24,784 nt of DNA, from the NCBI GenBank assembly GCA_938084645.1, contig CALKEP010000078.1, forward strand, positions 1 to 24,784, given 5' to 3'. The DNA comes from an uncultured Phycisphaerales bacterium. Its GTDB lineage: Bacteria > Planctomycetota > Phycisphaerae > Phycisphaerales > SM1A02. Below the pieces are notes generated by a model. That model made no database searches, had not been told where the DNA came from, and saw only the letters and a list, made by a program, of their open reading frames with translations. Positions within the stretch are counted from its first letter, which is position 1; each line of letters starts with the position of its first letter. The translations under genes were made by a program, and so were the position numbers. Below, piece by piece: positions 8,897 to 17,089 of the stretch.

Positions 8897-11053
8897 ATGC
8901 TCGTACGCCTTCTTCGTCCGTCCGGTCGGCTCGTCGTCCCGATGACCGTCATCGTCGTTCTTCTCGCCGGATTCGGCGGGACACCCGCGGCGCTCGCCCA
9001 GGCGGGCTGGACGCCCTTCGGGGAACTCCCCGGCGCCGACGCGTACCGGGACGTCGCTCGCAACGCCCGCCGCATCGGGCTCGGCGGCCGGGTCCGCGAC
9101 ATCCGCTTCGACGAGACCCACGCCTACTTCCTTTCCGGCGATGGATGGCAGCGGGTCGACCTCGCCACCGGCGAACGCAGCGAAGCCGATGCGACGGCCC
9201 TGCCCGATCGCATCCGCGCGAGCCGTGGAAACGGACGACGGGGCGGCCGGGGGCGGGCCGCTCGGGGCCGGCAGGTGACCGAGGAACCGTCGCCCGACGG
9301 CACGTTCACCGCGGTCCATCGTGATTACAACGTCTGGTTGCGATCCGAATCCGGTCAGGAGATCCCGGTGACCACCGACGGCACCGAGGCGAACCGATTC
9401 GGGACCGCGTCCTGGGTCTACGGCGAGGAGCTCGACCAGAGCACCGCGATGTGGTGGTCGCCCGACGGCGCGTACCTCGCGTTCTACGAGTTCGACGTCT
9501 CGAACACCCGGGACTACTACCTGCTGGACGGCCTCTCGGAACTTCGGACCGGCATCATGCGGGAGCGATACCCGAAGGCGGGTGATCCGAATCCGATCGC
9601 GGGTCTGCGGATTCTCGACGTCGAAGGCGGGGGGATCGCGACCGTCGACGTCGGCGAGGACCCGGAGCAGTACGTCTACGCGGTGCGGTGGACCCCCGAT
9701 TCGAGCGAGCTTCTGTTCAATCGGACCAACCGGCACCAGAACGTGCTCGAGGTGATGGCCGCCGATCCGACCACCGGCGCAACCCGCCTCGTGGTCGAGG
9801 AACGACAGGAGACGTGGCAGCGGAACCGCCCCGAGATGCGATTTCTCGAGGATGGTCGACGCTTCATCTGGGAGACCGAGAAGTCCGGATGGAAGCGATA
9901 CGAACTGCGCGATCTCGACGGTTCGCTGATCAATCCCCTGACCGGGACCACGGCTCCGACCAGCGAAGCGCCGACGGAGTCGATCGTGAAGGTCGACGAG
10001 GATGCGGGCGTGCTGTGGTTCACCATGCGCAACAGCGAGACTCCGACCAACGACCAGTTGCACCGGGTCAACCTCGACGGGAGCGACGAGCGCCGGATCA
10101 CCAGCGTCGATCTGAACCACGGGAGCTTCCAGATCGCGCCCGATGGCCGAACGGTGGCGGCGATGCGTCAGGCGGTCGATCACGCCCCCGAGACCGTGCT
10201 CTACGACCAGGATGGTCGCGAGATCGCGGTGCTCGCGACGGGCGACGTCTCCGGACTCGAGAAGGGTGGTTTCCACGGCGGCGAACTGTTGCGATTCACC
10301 GCCGCGGACGGCACCACGCCGCTGCAGGCGGTGCTGCATCTGCCGGCCGGTGCGGACCTCGAATCGGTGGCGAAGTATCCGCTGGTGGTCGACGTCTACG
10401 GTGGGCCCGAATCCCGGGGCCCTTCGAACACCTGGAGTCCGGCGAACGCGCTCTGCGAGCTGGGTTTCGCGGTCGCGAAGATCGAGAATCGTGGCACCAT
10501 CGGTCGTGGCAAGGCGTTCGAGGGTGCGACCTACCTGCAGCTCGGCGTCGCGGATCTTGATGATCAGGTTGCGGGCGTGAAGGCGATTCTGGAGGCCCAT
10601 CCCGAGATCGATCCCGCCCGGGTCGGGATCACCGGCCACAGCTACGGTGGCTACATGGCCGCCCTCGCGATGGTGCGCCACCCCGACGTCTTCGCGGCCG
10701 GCGTGGCGGGCGCCCCGGTCACCGACTGGCGGAACTACGACACCATCTACACCGAGCGCTACATGCGCACGCCCGAGGAGAATCGCGAGGGCTACGACGC
10801 GGGCAGCGCGGTCCGGCTCGCCGAGAACCTCGAGGGTGATCTCCTGCTGCTCCACGGGATGCGGGACGACAACGTGCATCCCTCGAACACCTTCCAGATG
10901 GCGGCCAGACTCCAGGATCGGGACATTCCGTTCGAGATGATCATGTTCCCGACCGCGACGCACGGCATCGGCAGCGCCGCCTACCGATCCAGCAAGTGGT
11001 CCTTCCTGCAGAAGCACCTCGACGGGGCGGCCACCGCCAACCGGAAACCGTGA
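8897..11053 (+). CDS. S9B family peptidase (dipeptidyl peptidase IV-like), secreted
   Basis: Signal-like N-terminus; WVYGEEL, WWSPDG, YPKAGDPNP, VYGGP, nucleophile GHSYGG, HGMRDDNVH and His in ATHGI. GAGGA precedes ATG at 8897. Confidence 0.93.
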   Translation: MLVRLLRPSGRLVVPMTVIVVLLAGFGGTPAALAQAGWTPFGELPGADAYRDVARNARRIGLGGRVRDIRFDETHAYFLSGDGWQRVDLATGERSEADATALPDRIRASRGNGRRGGRGRAARGRQVTEEPSPDGTFTAVHRDYNVWLRSESGQEIPVTTDGTEANRFGTASWVYGEELDQSTAMWWSPDGAYLAFYEFDVSNTRDYYLLDGLSELRTGIMRERYPKAGDPNPIAGLRILDVEGGGIATVDVGEDPEQYVYAVRWTPDSSELLFNRTNRHQNVLEVMAADPTTGATRLVVEERQETWQRNRPEMRFLEDGRRFIWETEKSGWKRYELRDLDGSLINPLTGTTAPTSEAPTESIVKVDEDAGVLWFTMRNSETPTNDQLHRVNLDGSDERRITSVDLNHGSFQIAPDGRTVAAMRQAVDHAPETVLYDQDGREIAVLATGDVSGLEKGGFHGGELLRFTAADGTTPLQAVLHLPAGADLESVAKYPLVVDVYGGPESRGPSNTWSPANALCELGFAVAKIENRGTIGRGKAFEGATYLQLGVADLDDQVAGVKAILEAHPEIDPARVGITGHSYGGYMAALAMVRHPDVFAAGVAGAPVTDWRNYDTIYTERYMRTPEENREGYDAGSAVRLAENLEGDLLLLHGMRDDNVHPSNTFQMAARLQDRDIPFEMIMFPTATHGIGSAAYRSSKWSFLQKHLDGAATANRKP

Positions 11054-11922
11054 CCGACGCCCCGACGCCGAGACCGTTGCCCGCCGATCGTGGTGATGTC
11101 GACACCGAGCGACGCCACCCGGACGGTCGATCGCTCGATGGCATGGACGTCGAAGCCCTCGTCCGGTTCCTGGCCGAGGATCAGCAGCGCGCGGTCGATG
11201 CGGTCGTCGCCGCCTCGGCGCCGCTGGCGGCCCTCGTCGACGCGACCACGACGGCGCTCGCCGCGGGCGGGCGACTCCTCTATCTCGGCGCGGGAACCAG
11301 CGGGCGGCTCGGCGTGCTCGACGCCTCGGAGTGCCCACCCACCTTCAACGCCGACCCCGACCGGATCCTCGGCGTGATCGCGGGTGGCGATTCCGCACTG
11401 CGTCGATCGAGCGAGGGGGCCGAGGACGATCCCCACGGCGCGACCGGAGAACTGGACCGGATCGACGTCCGAACGGGCGACGTGGTGGTCGGCATCGCCG
11501 CGGGCGGAACCACGCCCTGGGTGCTCGGTGCGATCGAGACGTCGAAGGCTCGTGGGGCGGTGACCGCGCTGATCAGCTGCGCCCGGCGGGCCTCGCCACC
11601 GGGCTGCGATCACCTGGTGGTGCTCCCGACCGGTCCCGAACCGCTGGCGGGATCGACGCGGATGGCCGCGGGCACCGCGACGAAGATCGCGCTCAACACG
11701 TTGACCACCGCGGTGTTCACGAGATTGGGACGGGTCCGTGGCGATCGCATGATCGATCTTCGGGCGACCAACGAGAAACTGCACGATCGATGCCTGCGGA
11801 TCCTGCTCGAGCTCTTTCCCGATCTCGACCGGGCCGACGCCGATCGACGGCTTCATGCCGCGGGTGATTCGCTGCGGGCGGCGGTCGAGTCGATCGAAGC
11901 CGAGCGTTCCCGTCGCGAATGA
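11050..11922 (+). CDS. murQ: N-acetylmuramic acid 6-phosphate etherase
   Basis: GAGTSGRLGVLDASECPPTF, IAGG, EGAEDD, GPEPLAGSTRMAAGTATK and MIDLRATNEKL. The GTG start overlaps the upstream TGA (GTGA at 11050-11053). Confidence 0.93.
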   Translation: MTDAPTPRPLPADRGDVDTERRHPDGRSLDGMDVEALVRFLAEDQQRAVDAVVAASAPLAALVDATTTALAAGGRLLYLGAGTSGRLGVLDASECPPTFNADPDRILGVIAGGDSALRRSSEGAEDDPHGATGELDRIDVRTGDVVVGIAAGGTTPWVLGAIETSKARGAVTALISCARRASPPGCDHLVVLPTGPEPLAGSTRMAAGTATKIALNTLTTAVFTRLGRVRGDRMIDLRATNEKLHDRCLRILLELFPDLDRADADRRLHAAGDSLRAAVESIEAERSRRE

Positions 11923-12009
11923 CCGGGCTACGGCCGGCGGTCGCGCCGGTCATGAACCGACGCGGTCGTTGCGCAGGATTTCCGGCGTCGACATCGGACG
12001 CGCCGTCGT

Positions 12010-12056
12010 GAAACGCGACGAACCCCGCCGATCGCTCGGCGGGGTTCGTTCGTTTC
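12010..12056. terminator. Probable bidirectional intrinsic terminator between convergent murQ and HU
   Basis: Perfect 14-bp stem ACGAACCCCGCCGA-tcgc-TCGGCGGGGTTCGT (12018-12049) flanked by GAAACG and CGTTTC. Confidence 0.75.
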
Positions 12057-12118
12057 TCTGCGTGGTTCGGACTCCGGAAGGAGCGTCGAACGACGCGAAG
12101 ACCTGTATCCGAACCAGA

Positions 12119-12571
12119 TCAGATCTGGTCGTTGAGGGTCTTGAGCGCCCGGACCTTGACGGCCTTGGAAGCGGGCTTCGCCTTGAACATCATTTCTTCG
12201 CCGGTGAAGGGGTTCACACCCTTGCGGGCCTTGGTGGCGGGCTTCTTCTTCACGGTCATCTTCATGCCCATGAACTTGACGGGGGTGCCCTTCTTGAGAT
12301 CGGCGACCATCATCGACTCGAGGGTCGAGACCACCGCGGTGACTTCCTTGCGGCTCATCTCGGTGGCTTCGGCGATGGTGTTGAAGATCTGGCTCTTGGT
12401 GCGGGGTGCCGCGGAACCCTTGATCGACGGAGCCTTCTTGGCCACAGTCTTCTTGGCGGTCTTCTTGCGGGTCGTCTTCTTCGCGACCTTCTTGCGGGTG
12501 GTCTTCTTCGCGGCCGCCTTGCGGACGGTCTTCTTCGCAGTCTTCTTGCGGGTGGTCTTCTTCTTGGCCAT
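12119..12571 (-). CDS. HU-family DNA-binding protein with a Lys-rich, histone-H1-like N-terminal tail
   Basis: Core TKSQIFNTIAEATEMSRKEV...ARKGVNPFTGEEMMFKAKPASK; N-tail AKKKTTRKKTAKK...; AAGGA precedes ATG at 12571. Confidence 0.92.
   Translation of the reverse strand: MAKKKTTRKKTAKKTVRKAAAKKTTRKKVAKKTTRKKTAKKTVAKKAPSIKGSAAPRTKSQIFNTIAEATEMSRKEVTAVVSTLESMMVADLKKGTPVKFMGMKMTVKKKPATKARKGVNPFTGEEMMFKAKPASKAVKVRALKTLNDQI
12461..12562 (-). repeat. Intragenic 21-nt repeats encoding KKTTRKK (3 copies)
   Basis: CTTCTTGCGGGT(G/C)GTCTTCTT on + at 12461-12481, 12488-12508 and 12542-12562. Confidence 0.85.
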
Positions 12572-12747
12572 TGCAGTTGATCCTTGCTGGTCCTCTTCGG
12601 ACCGCTTGTCTTCCGGCCCGCCGCCTTGGCGAAGCTCGGCACTGGACGTCCCCGGGACCACTCCATTGGTCCCACCGAAGCGGCGAACGCCTCGACAGAA
12701 AGGGGCACAACACGAAAACCGTCGGAGTTTCTCGTGCTTTCCGCGCG

Positions 12748-12776
12748 AATCTAACGGTACCGACGGTCTTCGACAA
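12748..12776 (-). promoter_or_regulatory. Sigma70-type promoter of the HU gene
   Basis: Minus strand TTGTCG-N17-TAGATT, with A-tracts upstream at 12803-12827. Confidence 0.6.
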
Positions 12777-12844
12777 CACGTGAGACCCGTGGAAATGCGA
12801 TGTTTTGCCTAGTTTTTTCAGTGTTTTCCGCGGGCGGCGGGAGT

Positions 12845-13672
12845 TCAATCACCTTGATCCGGCCGATCCTGCAGGGGTTCGTCCACGAAGGCGGAGCCGA
12901 AATCGAAGGGATCGAACCCGGTTTCAGGTGTTTCCTCGACAGGATCGTCCGCCGTGAACAGCCGTTCCGGCTCGACCGGAATCAACGTGGTTTCACCGAA
13001 TTCCACGCGGGTTCCGGGCTCGAGGATCTTGCGAAGCCAGCGGCGTCCGTTGGCCCGGAGGCCGGTCTCGGATCCCGCATCGGCGATCGCCCATCGATCC
13101 TCCTCGCGGTAGATCACGGCGTGGAGCGAGGAAACGGCCGGATCATCGATCACGAGATCCGCGTGGCCGGAGCGACCGACGAGGATGCGGGGGGCGTGTT
13201 CGAGATCGAGCAGGCGGACGGTGGGGTTCGAGGTGGTGCGGCCGGCGAGGAGCAATGGAAGGGCGTCATTCGCCGCGACGGGGGACGGGTCGTCGCGGAG
13301 GAATTCCGCGGCGATTCGAAACGGTGGTTCGATCTCGAGCTCGACCGGACTCGGATCCGGCCCCTGCTCGGCGTCGGGTGGATCGGTCAGCCAGAGGATC
13401 ACCGGGCCCATCCGGACCCAGGATTCCTCGGTCTCGAATCGGTGAAGGGTGACCTTGCCCGATTCGTTCTCGAGGCCGGCCTTCGATCCGAGGTCCGCCA
13501 GGTGCCAGATCCCCCGGTGATCGAAGAGGATCGCGTGGTGGCGGCTGGTCCGGTCATCCGGGATCACGATGGTCGATCGGGCGGAACGGCCCAGCGTCAG
13601 CAGCGTCCTGGGCTGCAGGGGCTGGCTGAGGAGGAGATCGCCGGACGTCTTCGAGACGAGAAGTTCAGGCAT
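12845..13672 (-). CDS. Tandem FHA-domain protein
   Basis: Two FHA signatures: LGRSARSTIVIPDDRTSRHHA...DLGS and VGRSGHADLVIDDPAVSSLHA...DAGS..G.RANG. Start at 13672 follows TACCAT-N7; 13681 is an alternative start. Confidence 0.88.
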   Translation of the reverse strand: MPELLVSKTSGDLLLSQPLQPRTLLTLGRSARSTIVIPDDRTSRHHAILFDHRGIWHLADLGSKAGLENESGKVTLHRFETEESWVRMGPVILWLTDPPDAEQGPDPSPVELEIEPPFRIAAEFLRDDPSPVAANDALPLLLAGRTTSNPTVRLLDLEHAPRILVGRSGHADLVIDDPAVSSLHAVIYREEDRWAIADAGSETGLRANGRRWLRKILEPGTRVEFGETTLIPVEPERLFTADDPVEETPETGFDPFDFGSAFVDEPLQDRPDQGD

Positions 13673-13755
13673 GGTCGACATGGTACGACGCCCCGCGATG
13701 AAATCGCGAGGCGTCGTGGGTTCGAGCGTCGATTCTGGTCGAAAACCGTTCGGTT

Positions 13756-15111
13756 TCAGGCCGTGGCGGGAGCGCCGTCGGTCGCGGGCATCACGTTGGG
13801 ACGGCCCACCGAGACGTAGGTGAAACCGAGATCCGCCATCTGGCTGCGTCGATAGACGTTCCGGCCGTCGAAGATCGTCTTGCTGCTGAGCATCGCGGCG
13901 ATCTTCTCGAAGTCGGGTGATCGGAATTCGTTCCACTCGGTGGCGACCACGAGGGCGTCGGCCCCGGCGAGGCACTCGTACATGCCGTCGGCGGCTTCGG
14001 CGGCCGGGAACTCCACCTTCATGTTCTCGAGTCCCTCGGGGCAGAAGGCCTTGACCTTCGCACCCGCGTCGATCGCCATCTGCATGAGGGCGACGGACGG
14101 GGATTCCCGGATGTCGTCGGTCTTCGGCTTGAACGCCACGCCCCAGAAGGCGAGCGTCTTGCCGCTGAGATCCTCACCCAGGACCTCGGTGATCTTGTTG
14201 TAGAACCAGCCGCGCTGGGCCTGGTTGACTTCGTGGACCGCCTCGTTGAGCTTGCAGGGAAGATCGACCGCGCGTCCCATCGAGCAGACCGCGAGGGTGT
14301 CCTTGGGGAAGCAGGATCCGCCGTATCCGAGTCCCGGATACAGGAACTGGTTTCCGATCCGCTTGTCGGCGCACATGCCTTCGCGAACGTTCTTGACGTC
14401 GGCGCCGTAGGCCTCGCAGAGCCGGGAGATCTCGTTCACGAAGGAGATCTTGCAGGCGAGCATCGCGTTCGACGCGTACTTCACCATCTCCGCACTGCGC
14501 ACGTCCATGATGTAGATGGGGTTTCCCTGGCGGACGAACGGCTCGTAGAGTTCGCTCATCGTCGCCGAGGCTTCCTCGCTCTCGACCCCGCAGACCACGC
14601 GGTCGGGCTTCATGAAGTCGCTGATCGCATCGCCTTCCTTGAGGAACTCGGGGTTGTCGGCGATGTGGAAGGGGGCGTTCGTCCGGGATCGGATCAGGTC
14701 GCGCACCTTGTGGCTGGTACCGACGGGCACGGTGCTCTTGACCACCACGGTCTTCGGCTTCTGATCCGGACCGAGGGTGTCGATCACGTCCGCGATGTCG
14801 CCGGCCACGCTGAGCACGTACTGGAGGTCCGCGGAGCCGTCGGTATCGCTCGGCGTGCCCACGCAGATGAAGATGACCTCGGCGTCCTTGTACGCCGCGG
14901 TCTTGTCGGTCGTGAACTCGAGTCGGCCCGCGTCCGCGTTCCGCTGGATCATCTCGGAGAGGCCGGGCTCGTAGATGGGGCTTTCGCCGCGATTCAGCAT
15001 CGCGATCTTGCGTTCGTCGACGTCCAGGGAGATCACCTCGTTGCCGGTCTCGGCAAAGCAGGCTCCGGTGACGAGGCCGACGTATCCGCTGCCAACCATG
15101 GTGAGTTTCAT
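13756..15111 (-). CDS. ugd: UDP-glucose/GDP-mannose dehydrogenase family (UDP-glucose 6-dehydrogenase)
   Basis: GSGYVGL, ICVGTP, KSTVPVG, NPEFLKEG, catalytic GYGGSCFPKD, FKPKTDDIRES and FDGRN; SD GGAGG. Confidence 0.95.
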   Translation of the reverse strand: MKLTMVGSGYVGLVTGACFAETGNEVISLDVDERKIAMLNRGESPIYEPGLSEMIQRNADAGRLEFTTDKTAAYKDAEVIFICVGTPSDTDGSADLQYVLSVAGDIADVIDTLGPDQKPKTVVVKSTVPVGTSHKVRDLIRSRTNAPFHIADNPEFLKEGDAISDFMKPDRVVCGVESEEASATMSELYEPFVRQGNPIYIMDVRSAEMVKYASNAMLACKISFVNEISRLCEAYGADVKNVREGMCADKRIGNQFLYPGLGYGGSCFPKDTLAVCSMGRAVDLPCKLNEAVHEVNQAQRGWFYNKITEVLGEDLSGKTLAFWGVAFKPKTDDIRESPSVALMQMAIDAGAKVKAFCPEGLENMKVEFPAAEAADGMYECLAGADALVVATEWNEFRSPDFEKIAAMLSSKTIFDGRNVYRRSQMADLGFTYVSVGRPNVMPATDGAPATA

Positions 15112-15234
15112 GAGACGAAGACCTCCCGGGCCCGGTGTTCAGATGACCAATGAATCGATGAATCGGAAACAGTACCTCTGATTTCGGTCAGTCTCCACGG
15201 CTCCTGAAGATTCATCCCCCCGATTTCCGCCTCA

Positions 15235-15777
15235 TCAGGCCCGTTCGGCGGCGAGCAGGGCGGTCTTGATCTCGGTCCACCGGTTGGTGCCCGCCCCCTC
15301 GCCCCCGAATCCGCCGAGGTTTCCGGCCCCGATGATTCGATGGCAGGGGATCACGATCGGCAGGCGATTTCGGCGCATGGCCTGCCCGATCGCCCGGGCG
15401 GCCTTGGGGCGACCGACCTGTCGGGCGAGCTCGCCGTAGGTGGCGGTGGAGCCGCATTCCACGGTGCGAGTGGCGTTCCAGACGGCCCGCTGGAATCCCG
15501 TGCCGGACGGGGTCGGCACGTCATCGAAGTCCACCCGCCGCCCCTTCATGGCGAGCAGGATTCGTTCACAGAGTCCGGGCAGAAGATCTGGGTCGGCTTC
15601 GCCGAGGGATTCGATCGTCCGGCCGCCGCCGCCCGGACCGTCGAGCATGTCCCGCCAGCCGGTTTCGATCGCCCCGTCCGCATCGCACCTGACGAAGAAC
15701 GGCCCGGTGGGAGAATCAAGCACTCGATGACGGGCGACTTCGCCGCGTTGGCGCCGAGATGCTTCGGGGGGGGCCAT
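15235..15777 (-). CDS. ogt: Methylated-DNA--protein-cysteine methyltransferase
   Basis: GTGFQRAVW, TYGELA, AARAIGQA and the active site IPCHRII. Confidence 0.9.
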   Translation of the reverse strand: MAPPEASRRQRGEVARHRVLDSPTGPFFVRCDADGAIETGWRDMLDGPGGGGRTIESLGEADPDLLPGLCERILLAMKGRRVDFDDVPTPSGTGFQRAVWNATRTVECGSTATYGELARQVGRPKAARAIGQAMRRNRLPIVIPCHRIIGAGNLGGFGGEGAGTNRWTEIKTALLAAERA

Positions 15778-15906
15778 GGACGTCGAGACTAGCGACCGGG
15801 CGCGTGCGACGTTCGAGCATCGGTCTTCAAACTAGACTCCGCGGTCGCACCGGCCGTTCGAGAAGTGATTTCCCTCGATGTTCGACGAAGGAGTGGCGGG
15901 ATCGAG

Positions 15907-16992
15907 ATGAAGAACGCGGATTCCAACGAGCGGGGTCGACACTGCTCCCGGTGCGGATACGACCTGACGGGACTGGTCTCCGGATGGCGAGACCGGTGCC
16001 CGCTCCGGGAACGCTGCACGGAATGCGGATTGGAGATCGACTGGCGTGATCAATTCTCGATCACGTTGCTTCCCCGTTGGTACGTCGAGTCGGGAGGGGG
16101 ATTCTTCCGGGGACTGTGGCGATCGCCGGGGACCATGATTCGGATGTTGATCCCCGGGCATGTCTGGTCGAGGATCAGCCTCACGGCGTTCGCACGCCAC
16201 GGTTCCTACTCGGCGATGTCGGGTTGGGTGGTCGGGCTTTTCCTGACGTGCTACCTGGCCGCCGGCCTGCTCGTGGCGATGCCGGAAATCTCCGCCACGG
16301 CCAGGATCGCCTGGTCATCGAAGCCGGTGTCCATGCTCGCGCCGAGGGCGGACTACCCCGGAACGACCTCGATGCGGGCCGGGAGGTTGTTGATCGACCC
16401 CTTCCAGCTCATGTTCGGGCGGCGTGCGTGGGAGGGGGGACGCCTCGGTCTCTCCAGATTGAGGCCGCGGTGGGAGGTTTCCAGGGACCTCTGGGCCGGG
16501 CGGCCGTTCTACGGGCCCCGGCGTGGCCTGCTCGGTTGGTTGGACCCGCGGGTTCGGCGAAATCCGGATCCACCGCCCCAGCGTGGCCTGATGCTCCTCG
16601 GGTTCAGTTGCGTCACGATCCCCGCCACCTTTCTCGTGCTTCGGGATTCCATGAGACGAGCCCGAATTCGGACTGGTCTTCTGGTTCGACTGGGGCTTCT
16701 CAGCCTGGGGATTCCTGCCGCGGTCTGGCTCGGGCTGGTGCTTCTCGCGGCGGGGCGAGCGTTGGCCGGCGCGTCGTGGAGCATGGAACGCGGTGGACTG
16801 GCGTCGGCCCTCGAGATCACGTTGCCGTTCCTGGGGATCCTCCTGCTCGCCGGGTGGTGGTCGGGGGCGTGCCGTCGGCTCCTCAAGGTGGAGGCCTGGC
16901 CGGTGGTTCTGGCCAGCATCTTCGTGGTCGGGCTGCTGGCCGCCCTGGTGCTGAGCCTTGCGTTCCGAGCCATCGATGGGCCGATCCTCTGA
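15907..16992 (+). CDS. Membrane protein with an N-terminal CxxC...CxxC zinc ribbon
   Basis: CSRCGYDLTGL...CTECG followed by about 5 hydrophobic helices; AAGGAG lies upstream of ATG at 15907. Confidence 0.75.
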   Translation: MKNADSNERGRHCSRCGYDLTGLVSGWRDRCPLRERCTECGLEIDWRDQFSITLLPRWYVESGGGFFRGLWRSPGTMIRMLIPGHVWSRISLTAFARHGSYSAMSGWVVGLFLTCYLAAGLLVAMPEISATARIAWSSKPVSMLAPRADYPGTTSMRAGRLLIDPFQLMFGRRAWEGGRLGLSRLRPRWEVSRDLWAGRPFYGPRRGLLGWLDPRVRRNPDPPPQRGLMLLGFSCVTIPATFLVLRDSMRRARIRTGLLVRLGLLSLGIPAAVWLGLVLLAAGRALAGASWSMERGGLASALEITLPFLGILLLAGWWSGACRRLLKVEAWPVVLASIFVVGLLAALVLSLAFRAIDGPIL

Positions 16993-17089
16993 GGCCTCCG
17001 GGCTTCGGGCCCGGTTTCGGATCGGTTCCTCCGTGATTCCGACCTTCCCCGCGACCACTCCGATGAGCTGACGGATCTACACTTCTCCC

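Noticed and set aside
6690..11338. Long - strand ORFs (719 aa and 888 aa)
   Set aside because: They are antisense to well-supported membrane, PfkB and S9 peptidase genes, with Arg/Gly/Val-rich shadow composition.
12461..12562. Periodic repeats as a possible CRISPR array
   Set aside because: They are in-frame coding repeats of the HU tail with short, irregular spacers, and there are no cas genes.
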